Part shown: positions 27,728 through 37,109 of the stretch, piece after piece
Layout of the letters: each line of letters starts with the position of its first letter
Numbering within the stretch: the stretch's first letter is position 1
NCBI GenBank assembly: GCA_964360635.1
Contig: CAYHXO010000008.1
Coordinates: 2,772-66,771 of the forward strand
From: an uncultured Candidatus Peribacteria bacterium
Lineage (GTDB): Bacteria > Patescibacteriota > Gracilibacteria > UBA1369 > 2-02-FULL-48-14
Direction: 5' to 3'
Length of the DNA stretch: 64,000 nucleotides
Program-made: the position numbers and the translations under genes
The notes under the pieces: model-generated
What the model saw: only the letters and a program-made list of their open reading frames with translations
What the model was told of the DNA's origin: nothing
Databases searched by the model: none

Positions 27728-28743
27728 AAATTTTAGTCACAGGATCATCGGGATTTGTTGCAGGTTATCTTATAGAGGAGCTTTTGAAAAATGGTCACCA
27801 AATAGTTGGTATAGATAATTTTAGTAAATACGGCCCTGTTGTAAAAAGTTATGATAAAAATCCAAATTATAAATTTGTTGAAGGCGATGCTAAGGATACT
27901 AATCTATTAAAAGAATTAATATCCGACTGTGATCAAGTGGTAGCATTAGCTGCCATGATTGGAGGAATATCCTATTTCCATGAATATGCCTATGATCTTT
28001 TGGCTGAAAATGAAAGAATTTGCGCGTCCACTTTCGATGCGGCAATTTGGGCTTTTCTAAATAAAAAATTAAAAAAAATCAACGTTATCTCTTCATCAAT
28101 GGTATTTGAAAGTACTGATAAATTTCCAAGTGGCGAGGGTGATCAGCTTTTATGTCCTCCTCCAAAGTCAACTTATGGTTTTCAAAAACTTTCGACAGAA
28201 TATTTTGCAAAAGGTGCTTATGAACAATATAAACTACCATATACAATAATCAGGCCATTTAATTGTGTCGGGATAGGGGAAAGAAAAGCAAAAGGTGATA
28301 AAGAAATTCTTTCCGGAAATGTAAAACTTGCGATGAGTCATGTTGTACCAGATTTGGTTCATAAAATTTTAAAAGGTCAGAATCCACTTCATATTCTTGG
28401 TGAAGGTACGCAAATCCGACACTACACATATGGTGGCGACCTAGCAGCAGGTATCCGGTTTTGTATAGAAAAAGAGGAGTCTATAAATCAGGATTTTAAT
28501 ATATCTACACCAGTTTCAACAACTGTAATTGAATTGGCAAAATTGATACACAAAAAAATTCACGGAGATAAAGAGTTTAATTTTATATCTGATGAACCGT
28601 TTAGCTATGACGTACAGAAGCGAGTGCCAAATACAGAAAAAGCAAAAAAAATTCTGGGTTATGAGGCAACAACAGATTTAAGCACGATGTTAGATGAAGT
28701 AATTCCTTGGATAGCGGAGCAGGTAAAATTGGGGAACATGTAA
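27724..28743 (+). CDS. NAD-dependent nucleotide-sugar epimerase/dehydratase (SDR)
   Basis: I moved the start to MKILVTGSSGFVAGYL, which gives an ATGA overlap with the upstream stop. YGFQKL is the Y-x3-K motif. Confidence 0.75.
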   Translation: MKILVTGSSGFVAGYLIEELLKNGHQIVGIDNFSKYGPVVKSYDKNPNYKFVEGDAKDTNLLKELISDCDQVVALAAMIGGISYFHEYAYDLLAENERICASTFDAAIWAFLNKKLKKINVISSSMVFESTDKFPSGEGDQLLCPPPKSTYGFQKLSTEYFAKGAYEQYKLPYTIIRPFNCVGIGERKAKGDKEILSGNVKLAMSHVVPDLVHKILKGQNPLHILGEGTQIRHYTYGGDLAAGIRFCIEKEESINQDFNISTPVSTTVIELAKLIHKKIHGDKEFNFISDEPFSYDVQKRVPNTEKAKKILGYEATTDLSTMLDEVIPWIAEQVKLGNM

Positions 28744-28747
28744 ATTT

Positions 28748-29911
28748 ATGAGGATTTTTTTCATTACATCAAAACTAAATTTCTTAAATGCCGGTGGATC
28801 GGTTACTGATTTAGATTTGAAGGCTGAGTCGATGGCAAAGGCAGGTCATGATGTTACAGTCTTAACCTTATTTTCAGGCAGGAATAGAATTAATAAAAAA
28901 TTATCATATGAATTAATTGAGGTAGACATAAATGTTTTCAACCAAATCTCAATTCAAAAGAAAATCTATGATATTTTAAAAAAATACGCAGCCTCTACAG
29001 ATAAAATACATATTGAGGGACAATATATGTATGGAGCTGGTATTTATAAGTTTTTAGGAGGGAAAGTGCCTATAATTGCCTTTTTCAATAGAGAGTTGGT
29101 GACTTGGCCGAATGATTCCGGAGATTTTTTGAATTGCAATTCATTCCTTCAAAAAATGAAAAGCAAATTTGCTTTTATATTTGAAAAATATATCGGTATA
29201 AGATTTGCAAATAAAATAGATTTTTTTATATTCACAACTCCATCTCTACGAAATGCATATTATAAATTTGGATTAAATAAAAAAGTTCCACACAAAATCA
29301 TGCCTGATTTTGTTGACTCTGAAAAAGTTATAAAAGTGATAAAAACATCTATTTCGGACGCAATTCAGAGCAGGGTAAAGAATGAAAAATTTCAAATTTA
29401 TACATCCGGAAGGCTAATTCCTGAAAAGGGTTTTGATATCATGATTAGAGCATTTGCATTGCTTGTGGGGCCTTATCATCTTGTTATTGGCGGAGATGGT
29501 CCGGAGCGAGAACACTTAATTAATTTAGTTAAAGAATTACATCTTGAAGAAAAGGTTACTTTCCCGGGCTGGCTGAGTTATGATGAAATGATTTCTTGTC
29601 TAAACCAATCAAATATTTTTGTCTTACCTAGATGGAGGGTTGAACTCTCCTCAGTAATTTTATTTGAAGCAATGTCACTCGGTCTACCATGCCTTGTTCA
29701 GAGTGGAGGCGGGCTCGCATGGCTTGTTGATAATGAGAAATTGATTTTTGAGGATAAAAATGAAATTGACCTGGCAAAAAAAATAGAATATTTGCATGCA
29801 CAAAAAGATCAATGCTCTAAACTTGGTGAATATTGTTATAACAGAATAAATGAAGAATTTGGTATAGAAAAATTAGCTAGTGAATTGGAGTCAATATTCA
29901 TAAGGATTTAG
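28748..29911 (+). CDS. GT4 glycosyltransferase
   Basis: 387 aa. C-terminal FVLPRWRVELSSVILFEAMSLGLPCLV (GT4 E-x7-E region). Confidence 0.75.
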   Translation: MRIFFITSKLNFLNAGGSVTDLDLKAESMAKAGHDVTVLTLFSGRNRINKKLSYELIEVDINVFNQISIQKKIYDILKKYAASTDKIHIEGQYMYGAGIYKFLGGKVPIIAFFNRELVTWPNDSGDFLNCNSFLQKMKSKFAFIFEKYIGIRFANKIDFFIFTTPSLRNAYYKFGLNKKVPHKIMPDFVDSEKVIKVIKTSISDAIQSRVKNEKFQIYTSGRLIPEKGFDIMIRAFALLVGPYHLVIGGDGPEREHLINLVKELHLEEKVTFPGWLSYDEMISCLNQSNIFVLPRWRVELSSVILFEAMSLGLPCLVQSGGGLAWLVDNEKLIFEDKNEIDLAKKIEYLHAQKDQCSKLGEYCYNRINEEFGIEKLASELESIFIRI

Positions 29912-30588
29912 GATTTTACTGCCTCAAACAAATATAACAAGCAAAAGTTCCCCGCATATTTTTTGTAATAAAAATTACAAATTAAATCCATCAAAAATAA
30001 TCCTGATTGAAAAATCGCCCGCAAAAATTTTGGTGCAGGAGTAGTTTGAAATCCCAAAACAAAAGGCCCAGTTCCAACAGAAACAATTCTTTTCATTTTC
30101 AAACCATGTTTTTCAAAAATCTTTTCAAGAGCTGAATGTGTATATCTGTGATAATCATCAGGATCGGCATGATAAGGGTATAAAAAGGGTACACATCCGA
30201 TAAACTTCCCACCTTTTTTCATTATACGAGCACTTTCACCAATTAAATTATCAGTATCAAAAATATGTTCTATTGTGTTGAAACAAAGTACGCTATCAAA
30301 ATTGCTCAAACTATTCGGGAATGGTTTTTCCAGATCAATCTTCATCAAATTCGGGCCTTCAGTAAAGTAGTCACAAAAAAACATTTCTGCGCCAGGATCT
30401 TTCTTAAGAAATCGAAAATAACTTGAACCGTCACTTTTTGCTCCCAAATCTATAATCTTTCCTGTTAATCTATCGAATGGATATTTTTTCAAACTTAAAT
30501 TAAGCAGTGCTCTTGGTAAACTTTTGCCTCGCATCGACTCAGCCCAAACGAATCCTAAATCTGAAAATGAAAATTTTGAATAATGCAC
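29908..30588 (-). CDS. SAM methyltransferase paralog with hydrophobic tail
   Basis: 226 aa. CFNTIEHIFD and CVPFLYPYHADPDDYHRYT. Motif I is degenerate (IIDLGAKSDG). Confidence 0.6.
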   Translation of the reverse strand: MHYSKFSFSDLGFVWAESMRGKSLPRALLNLSLKKYPFDRLTGKIIDLGAKSDGSSYFRFLKKDPGAEMFFCDYFTEGPNLMKIDLEKPFPNSLSNFDSVLCFNTIEHIFDTDNLIGESARIMKKGGKFIGCVPFLYPYHADPDDYHRYTHSALEKIFEKHGLKMKRIVSVGTGPFVLGFQTTPAPKFLRAIFQSGLFLMDLICNFYYKKYAGNFCLLYLFEAVKS

Positions 30589-30684
30589 GGCGCAAGCCTA
30601 CCGTAAAAGCTCGACTTTTTCCAATCCCTCATTTATTGTTTAGTCCCGCAGGGAGCATTAGGCCGAAGGCCGCATAATATCAAC

Positions 30685-31983
30685 ATGAAAATAACAGTCG
30701 TTGGAACCGGATACGTTGGATTGGTCACAGGAACCTGCTTTGCGGAGCTAGGCAATGATGTCATTTGTGTTGATATCGACGCTGCAAAAATCGAAAGATT
30801 AAAAAAGGGAGAAATTCCAATTTACGAACCTGGGCTTGAAGAGCTTGTTTTACGAAATTACAAAGAAGGACGTTTGAATTTTTCTACAGATTTAAAAACT
30901 GCAATTGAGGCTTGTGAAATTATTTTCAGCGCAGTTGGTACGCCTCAAGGTGGTGACGATCGTGCCGATCTTTCTGCAGTACGTGCCGTTGCTAAATCAG
31001 TTGGCCAAAATTTAAACGGATACAAAGTTTTTGTTAATAAATCTACAGTCCCTGTAGGTACTAGCAATGAAGTGAAAGATATAATCGCCTCACAAACCAC
31101 ACACCCTTTTGACGTAGTAGACAATCCTGAATTCCTTCGTGAAGGCTCAGCAGTTAAGGACTTTTTGAACCCTGACAGAATTGTTTGTGGTGTGGAAAGT
31201 GACAAAGCTCGCGAAGCGATGGAAAAACTCTATTCACCACTTGTGCGTGCCGGTAGACCTCTACTTTTCACAGACATTCATTCTGCGGAAATTATTAAAT
31301 ATGCTTCGAATGCTTTCCTTGCCACAAAAATTTCCTTCATAAACGAAATAGCAAATTTCTGTGAAGCTGCCGGTGGAGATGTAACAATGGTTGCGAAGGG
31401 AATGGGCCTCGACGATAGAATCGGTCCTCGGTTTTTGCACGCCGGAATTGGATACGGCGGAAGTTGCTTTCCAAAAGATGTAAACGCATTCATTCAAACC
31501 GGCCGTGATAAAGGTTACGAATTCAAAATTATCAAAGCTGCAAATGAAGTAAATCAAATTCAAAAGAAAATAATCATCGAAAAAATCCGCAAAGAGTTTC
31601 CTGATCTGAATGGCATAACAATTGCAGTTTGGGGACTCGCGTTCAAACCAAAAACTGACGATATGCGTGAAGCGCCTTCATTAGAAATTCTTCCTGAGCT
31701 GTTGAAATCCGGCGCAAGCCTCCGTGTTTTTGATCCTGTCGCGGCTGAAAATGCAAAAAAGATTCTTGGAACAACTAATATTGAATATCTTCCTTCACCT
31801 TATGATGCTGCCACCGGTGCAGATATCCTTCTAATAGTAACTGAATGGGATGAATTCCGTGCAATCGACCTCACACGCATTTCAAGCCTGATGAAAGGCA
31901 AATCAGTATTTGACGGAAGAAATATCTACCAGCCAGCTGAAATGGAAAAACTTGGATTTAAGTATGTGTCAGTGGGTAGATAA
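30685..31983 (+). CDS. ugd: UDP-glucose 6-dehydrogenase
   Basis: 432 aa. MKITVVGTGYVGLVTG, GGSCFPKD, GLAFKPKTDDMREAPS. Confidence 0.9.
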   Translation: MKITVVGTGYVGLVTGTCFAELGNDVICVDIDAAKIERLKKGEIPIYEPGLEELVLRNYKEGRLNFSTDLKTAIEACEIIFSAVGTPQGGDDRADLSAVRAVAKSVGQNLNGYKVFVNKSTVPVGTSNEVKDIIASQTTHPFDVVDNPEFLREGSAVKDFLNPDRIVCGVESDKAREAMEKLYSPLVRAGRPLLFTDIHSAEIIKYASNAFLATKISFINEIANFCEAAGGDVTMVAKGMGLDDRIGPRFLHAGIGYGGSCFPKDVNAFIQTGRDKGYEFKIIKAANEVNQIQKKIIIEKIRKEFPDLNGITIAVWGLAFKPKTDDMREAPSLEILPELLKSGASLRVFDPVAAENAKKILGTTNIEYLPSPYDAATGADILLIVTEWDEFRAIDLTRISSLMKGKSVFDGRNIYQPAEMEKLGFKYVSVGR

Positions 31984-32016
31984 TTGAACTCGCGTGCACT
32001 TTTTAAACTATAGCTC

Positions 32017-32559
32017 ATGTCCAACATCTTCATCATCCACGGCGTTGGCGGAACACCTGATGAAAACTGGTTTCCTTGGCTTAAATCAGAACTTGAAAAG
32101 GCCGGCCACAACGTAATCATTCCGCAATTTCCAACACCTGAAGGTCAAACTCTTGAAAACTGGCTCGCAGTTTTGAAAAACTACGAAGAATTTATCACAC
32201 CGGAAACTATTTTTGTTGGTCACAGTTTAGGCGTGCCTTTTGTATTAAACGTGCTTGAGAAACACCAAATCAAAGCTGCATTTCTTGTTGCCGGATTCAT
32301 TGGGCTTGCAGGAAATAAATTCGATGAATCAATGAAAACTTTTGCCCAAAAAGAATTCAACTGGGAAAAAATAAAACAAAATTGCAAAAATTTCACAATT
32401 TTCCACTCGGACAACGATCCTTACATTAAGTTTGAAAAGGCTGAAGAACTTGCAGCATTACTTAACGCGAAAGTGACGCTCGTGCCTGGTGCCGGCCATA
32501 TTAATCAATCAGCCGGTTACACAAAATTCTATCTGCTTCTTGAGAGAATTCTTGGGTAG
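32017..32559 (+). CDS. Small alpha/beta serine hydrolase (YdeN/RBBP9-like)
   Basis: 180 aa. IIHGVGGTPDENWFPWL and the GHSLG nucleophile elbow. Confidence 0.6.
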   Translation: MSNIFIIHGVGGTPDENWFPWLKSELEKAGHNVIIPQFPTPEGQTLENWLAVLKNYEEFITPETIFVGHSLGVPFVLNVLEKHQIKAAFLVAGFIGLAGNKFDESMKTFAQKEFNWEKIKQNCKNFTIFHSDNDPYIKFEKAEELAALLNAKVTLVPGAGHINQSAGYTKFYLLLERILG

Positions 32560-32612
32560 AATTTATCTTGGAGAATTGTGACTAGCCTGGTTTCATGCTA
32601 ACTTACACGAGC

Positions 32613-33536
32613 ATGAAAATTTTAGTCACAGGCGCGGCGGGTTTTATTGGATCGCATAGTGCGAAGGCACTTCTCTCGCGTGGCGATACTGTCTACGGTA
32701 TTGACAATTTTAATGATTACTATGAGGTTGAACAAAAAGAGAAAAATGCAGAAAATTTAAATGTCTTTCGTGTCGATATTTGCGACGAAGCAGCAATAGA
32801 TAAAATCTTCGCTGAACTTAAACCTGATGTACTTTTACATCTCGCCGCACGTGCCGGCGTTCGCGCCTCGATTGCAGATCCTGTGCTTTATCATAATGTG
32901 AATGTTCTTGGCACAAATATTCTGCTTGGAGCTTGCAGAAAACATGGAGTAGCTAGAATTGTTTCAGCCTCCAGTTCATCAGTTTACGGAAACCAAAAAA
33001 AGACCCCATTTTCAGAAACTGACGAAACAGAAAATCCAATAAGTCCTTATGCCGCAACAAAAAGAGCAGGAGAAAATCTATGTTACGCATATTCAAAAAT
33101 GTACGGACTTAGCATAACTTGCCTAAGATTTTTCACTGTTTACGGTCCAAGTGGCAGGCCAGACATGGCTCCATTAATGTTTACAAAAGCAATTGATGCA
33201 GGTGCAACAATAAAGCGTTTTGGCGACGGCAGTTCTATGCGTGATTATACTTTTATTGATGATATCGTTTCAGGAATCGTATCAGCCATTGATGAGCCTT
33301 TCGATTTTGAAATTATAAATCTTGGTAATAATAAACCTGAAAAATTGCATGTTTTAATTTCGACTATTGAAAAAAGCCTCGGAAAAAATGCCATCATTGA
33401 AGAGCTTCCAATGCAACCAGGCGATGTTGAAATGACTTATGCGGATATCACAAAAGCCCAAAAACTTCTTGGCTACAATCCTCAAACAACTCTTGAGCAA
33501 GGAATAGAAAAATTAGTTAACTGGTATAAAAAATGA
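32613..33536 (+). CDS. NAD-dependent epimerase, UDP-glucuronate 4-epimerase-like
   Basis: I moved the start to MKILVTGAAGFIGSH. SSSSVYG and YAATKRAGE. Lies in the same transcription unit as ugd. Confidence 0.7.
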   Translation: MKILVTGAAGFIGSHSAKALLSRGDTVYGIDNFNDYYEVEQKEKNAENLNVFRVDICDEAAIDKIFAELKPDVLLHLAARAGVRASIADPVLYHNVNVLGTNILLGACRKHGVARIVSASSSSVYGNQKKTPFSETDETENPISPYAATKRAGENLCYAYSKMYGLSITCLRFFTVYGPSGRPDMAPLMFTKAIDAGATIKRFGDGSSMRDYTFIDDIVSGIVSAIDEPFDFEIINLGNNKPEKLHVLISTIEKSLGKNAIIEELPMQPGDVEMTYADITKAQKLLGYNPQTTLEQGIEKLVNWYKK

Positions 33537-34432
33537 AATATTTAGTAACAGGCGGGGCAGGATTCATTGGCTCTCACATTGCGCGAGAGTTACTGAAACA
33601 AGGCCACCAAGTAACAATTATCGATGATCTTTCAAACTCGAAAAAAGAGAATGTCCCGGTTGGTGCAGAATTTTTTGAAGGATCAATTACAGATGCAAAC
33701 TTAGTTCGCGAATCAATGCAAAATTGCGATGGAGTTTTCCATTTGGCTGCTCTAGTTTCAGTTCCAAAATCAATGGCTGATCCAAAATACACACTCGAAG
33801 TTAATGCACTCGGCACTCTGCGAATACTCGAAGCCATGCGAGAATTAAAAATCAAAAAAATTGTCTATTCCAGTACATCCGCGGTTTACGGCGATCAAGG
33901 CTCGGCAAAAAATACGGAAGACATGACTCCACAAACACTTTCTCCATATGCTTACGCAAAACTCGAAAGCGAATATTTGATAAAAACATACAGCCATCTT
34001 TACGGAATTCAATCTGTTATTTTCCGATATTTCAATGTTTTTGGTCCTGGCCAAGATCCATCCTCACCATACTCCGCAGTAATCGCACTTTTCACGGACA
34101 AAATTCAAAAAAGCGAAAAAATTTCAGTCTACGGAAACGGTTCACAAACCCGCGATTTCATTTTTGTTGACGATGTGGTTAATGCAAATTTACTGGCAAT
34201 GAATTCTTCAGTTACTGCTGAAGTTATGAATATCGGCCGTGGTGAATCAATCTCAATTCTTGATTTAATTTCAACTCTCGGCAAAATTTTCGACCGAAAA
34301 ATTGAGCCTCAGTTCAAATCACCTCGAGTCGGCGACATTGTTCATTCCTGTGCAGATATCTCAAAAGCCAGAAATTTGCTTGGATTTGATCCAAAAGTCA
34401 CCTTGGACGAGGGTTTACGCAAATGTTTGTAA
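33533..34432 (+). CDS. NAD-dependent epimerase (GalE/WbpP-like)
   Basis: 299 aa. YLVTGGAGFIGSH, SSTSAVYG, YAYAKL. 4-nt overlap with the upstream gene. Confidence 0.7.
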   Translation: MKYLVTGGAGFIGSHIARELLKQGHQVTIIDDLSNSKKENVPVGAEFFEGSITDANLVRESMQNCDGVFHLAALVSVPKSMADPKYTLEVNALGTLRILEAMRELKIKKIVYSSTSAVYGDQGSAKNTEDMTPQTLSPYAYAKLESEYLIKTYSHLYGIQSVIFRYFNVFGPGQDPSSPYSAVIALFTDKIQKSEKISVYGNGSQTRDFIFVDDVVNANLLAMNSSVTAEVMNIGRGESISILDLISTLGKIFDRKIEPQFKSPRVGDIVHSCADISKARNLLGFDPKVTLDEGLRKCL

Positions 34433-34482
34433 AAAAAATCCTGAGATGATACAGTCGCTCACTAATAATAACCACAAATGAT

Positions 34483-34761
34483 ATGTTTGCATCAGAAGTA
34501 CCAGTCAAAGAACTTACACAGGATGAGTTGGTAAGATCAATACAATCGGATTCACGACGTGCTGCCGATCCTTTACGTAGAATTAATTATGAACATGCTA
34601 AATTAGATGCAGAACACGCGATTTTAAGTCCTGAAGATGCAGACATATTAAGCAGAGCAGCTGCAATCGTTAAAAAAATTCGTGATACAGTACCTTCTGT
34701 TTTTGATAAATCAACTACACCTGTAAGTAGAGAAGGTCTTGGCCCAGATGGTGGACGGTAA
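34483..34761 (+). CDS. Hypothetical small protein (92 aa), no recognisable family
   Basis: ATG-initiated ORF standing alone between two sugar operons and followed by strong hairpins. Coding status is unproven. Confidence 0.4.
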   Translation: MFASEVPVKELTQDELVRSIQSDSRRAADPLRRINYEHAKLDAEHAILSPEDADILSRAAAIVKKIRDTVPSVFDKSTTPVSREGLGPDGGR

Positions 34762-34839
34762 TTGTTTAAGAAGGCTTGTGTGACTGTTTTAATGTTGTCA
34801 TATATAAAATATACACATTTCTTAAATTCTCGTCACCAA

Positions 34840-34897
34840 AAGTGTTCCCGGGAACACTTCTCAACCTGTAAATCCCCCGCCGGCGGGAGTTTTACAG
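34840..34897 (+). terminator. Two adjacent hairpins (possible terminator or structured RNA)
   Basis: Perfect 20-nt palindrome AAGTGTTCCCGGGAACACTT (34840-34859). It is followed by CTGTAAA...CCCGCCGGCGGG...TTTACAG (34866-34897). Neither has a clear trailing U-tract. Confidence 0.35.
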
Positions 34898-34951
34898 AGC
34901 AAAGCCACTTTATATTGCAAAAACCTGTTAAAGTCATTAACCTTCACGAGT

Positions 34952-35911
34952 ATGAAAACAGCTTTAATCACAGGTATAACAGGTCAGGATGGTTCTTATT
35001 TGGCAGAACACCTGCTAACACTCGGCTATAAAGTATATGGCTTAGTACGCAGATCAAGCGGAAATAATCTGGGAAGAGTCTCTCATTTGCTCGACAAAGT
35101 AGAAATTGTCTACGGTGATCTTCAAGACATGTCTTCTTTGATTACGGCTATAGAAAAATGCAAACCTGATGAAATTTACAACTTAGCAGCTCAATCTTTC
35201 GTGGGAAGTTCTTTCACAATGCCGGTTTTAACAAGTTCTGTTACCGGTCTGGGTGCACTAAATCTTTTTGAAGCGGCAAGACTAACAAAAAAAGACGCAA
35301 GAATTTACCAAGCTTCTTCAAGCGAAATGTTTGGAAAAGTTCGAGAAACGCCACAAACTGAAATGACTCCATTTCATCCTCGCAGCCCTTATGGATTTGC
35401 GAAAGTTTTTGCTCATTTTGCAGCGATGAATTATCGAGAAAGTTATGGAATGTATATTTGTAGCGGAATTTTGTTTAATCATGAATCACCAAGACGTGGT
35501 GAAGAATTTGTGACCAGAAAAATCAGCATGGGTGTTGCAAAAATCAAACTCGGCCTCTCAAAAGAAATTCAATTGGGAAATCTAGATGCCAAGCGCGATT
35601 GGGGTTTCGCAGGTGACTATGTAAAGGTAATGCACTTGATGCTTCAACAAAATGAGCCAGAAGATTTTGTAATTGGAATGGGTCAAACCCACAGTATTAA
35701 AGAGTTTTTAGATGCGGCATTTGCCGAAATTGGAATCACAGATTGGACTCCATATGTAAAAATTAACCCTGATTTTATTCGACCTGCAGAAGTAGACCTT
35801 CTGATTGCTGATGCCACTAACGCAAGAAAAAAATTAAACTGGGCTCCCGAATTCAACTTCGGCGATTTGGTTAAAATGATGGTAAAGTCAGATATTGAAC
35901 TTTTATCTTGA
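34952..35911 (+). CDS. gmd: GDP-mannose 4,6-dehydratase
   Basis: 319 aa. ALITGITGQDGSYLAEHLL, VRRSS, SSSEMFG, YGFAKV, NHESPRRG. Confidence 0.9.
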   Translation: MKTALITGITGQDGSYLAEHLLTLGYKVYGLVRRSSGNNLGRVSHLLDKVEIVYGDLQDMSSLITAIEKCKPDEIYNLAAQSFVGSSFTMPVLTSSVTGLGALNLFEAARLTKKDARIYQASSSEMFGKVRETPQTEMTPFHPRSPYGFAKVFAHFAAMNYRESYGMYICSGILFNHESPRRGEEFVTRKISMGVAKIKLGLSKEIQLGNLDAKRDWGFAGDYVKVMHLMLQQNEPEDFVIGMGQTHSIKEFLDAAFAEIGITDWTPYVKINPDFIRPAEVDLLIADATNARKKLNWAPEFNFGDLVKMMVKSDIELLS

Positions 35912-35912
35912 T

Positions 35913-37109
35913 ATGAAATATCCAGTTCAAATTGGCGTTGGCTGCGCTGACATTACCGATTTAGAGAAAAAATATGTGAACGAAGTTTTAGATTCTGGCC
36001 GACTTTCTTATGGAAAGTTTTCTCAAGCATTCGAAGGCAAATTTGCTGCAGCGCACGATAGAAAATTCGCCGTTCTTAGTAACAGTGGAACCAGTTCTTT
36101 ACAGGTTGCACTAGCTGCCATGAAGGAAAAATGGAAATGGAAAGATGGAGATGAAGTGATTGTTCCTGCCTTAACATTTATTGCAACTTCAAACATAGTT
36201 TTGCAAAATAATATGAAGGTCATTTTCGTAGATATTGATCCTATTACTTATAATATCGATCCATCAAAAATCGAAGCTGCAATCTCGCCAAAAACTCGAG
36301 CAATTATTCCGGTTCATCTTTTTGGACTTCCATGTGATATGAACGCAATCTGCAAGATTGCGCAAAAGTACAATCTAAAAATTCTTGAGGATTCATGTGA
36401 GACAATGCTGGTTTCTGCGCAAGGTCATAAAGTCGGCTCACGTGGTGATATTGCTTGTTTTTCAACATACATGGCGCATTTAATTGTCACAGGAGTTGGC
36501 GGACTTTCACTCACAAATGACGACGAGCTGGCGATTATGATGAAGAGTTATTTAAATCACGGACGCGACTCAATTTATCTAAAAATAGATGATGATAAAA
36601 ATACAAACTCAAGTGAATCACTTTTTCAAATTGTAGATCGCAGGTTCAGTTTTATTAGAATGGGTTACAGTTATAGAGTAACTGAGATGGAAGCCGCTCT
36701 CGGGCTTGCTCAAATTGAAAGAAAAGATGAAGTTATTGAGACTAGAAAAAAGAATGCCGAAAAACTTACAGAAGGTCTGCTTGAACTTGAGAAATATTTA
36801 CAATTGCCAAGTACTCCTGAGGGTTATGAACATGCTTTTATGATGTATCCAATTGTATTGAAAAATTCTGCAGCACGCGATCCGCTAATTATATTTTTGG
36901 AAGAAAAAAATATTGAAACAAGATATATGGTTCCACTTATCAACCAACCTTATTATTTAGACTTATTTGGTGATCTAGCAGCACAATTTCCAAACGCTGA
37001 TTATGTGAATAAACATGGTTTTTACATTGGCTGTCATAAAGCTATAGGCGATGCCGAAATAAAGTTTATTATCGATTCTTTTATAGAATATTTTTCAAAA
37101 AATGCCTAA
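35913..37109 (+). CDS. colD: DegT-family PLP/PMP enzyme with His in place of the Schiff-base Lys: GDP-4-keto-6-deoxy-D-mannose 3-dehydratase (ColD-like)
   Basis: I moved the start to MKYPVQ, 1 nt after the gmd stop. SNSGTSSLQVAL and ILEDSCET. The PLP-lysine position reads FSTYMAHLIVTGVGGLSLTNDDEL, with a His codon at 36477-36479 (residue about 189). It sits directly downstream of gmd. Confidence 0.6.
   Translation: MKYPVQIGVGCADITDLEKKYVNEVLDSGRLSYGKFSQAFEGKFAAAHDRKFAVLSNSGTSSLQVALAAMKEKWKWKDGDEVIVPALTFIATSNIVLQNNMKVIFVDIDPITYNIDPSKIEAAISPKTRAIIPVHLFGLPCDMNAICKIAQKYNLKILEDSCETMLVSAQGHKVGSRGDIACFSTYMAHLIVTGVGGLSLTNDDELAIMMKSYLNHGRDSIYLKIDDDKNTNSSESLFQIVDRRFSFIRMGYSYRVTEMEAALGLAQIERKDEVIETRKKNAEKLTEGLLELEKYLQLPSTPEGYEHAFMMYPIVLKNSAARDPLIIFLEEKNIETRYMVPLINQPYYLDLFGDLAAQFPNADYVNKHGFYIGCHKAIGDAEIKFIIDSFIEYFSKNA

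Noticed and set aside
34762-35031. 89-aa plus-strand ORF spanning the hairpin region and the gmd start
   Set aside because: It has a TTG start and a Cys/His/Arg-rich composition. It runs through two palindromes and overlaps the well-supported gmd start out of frame.
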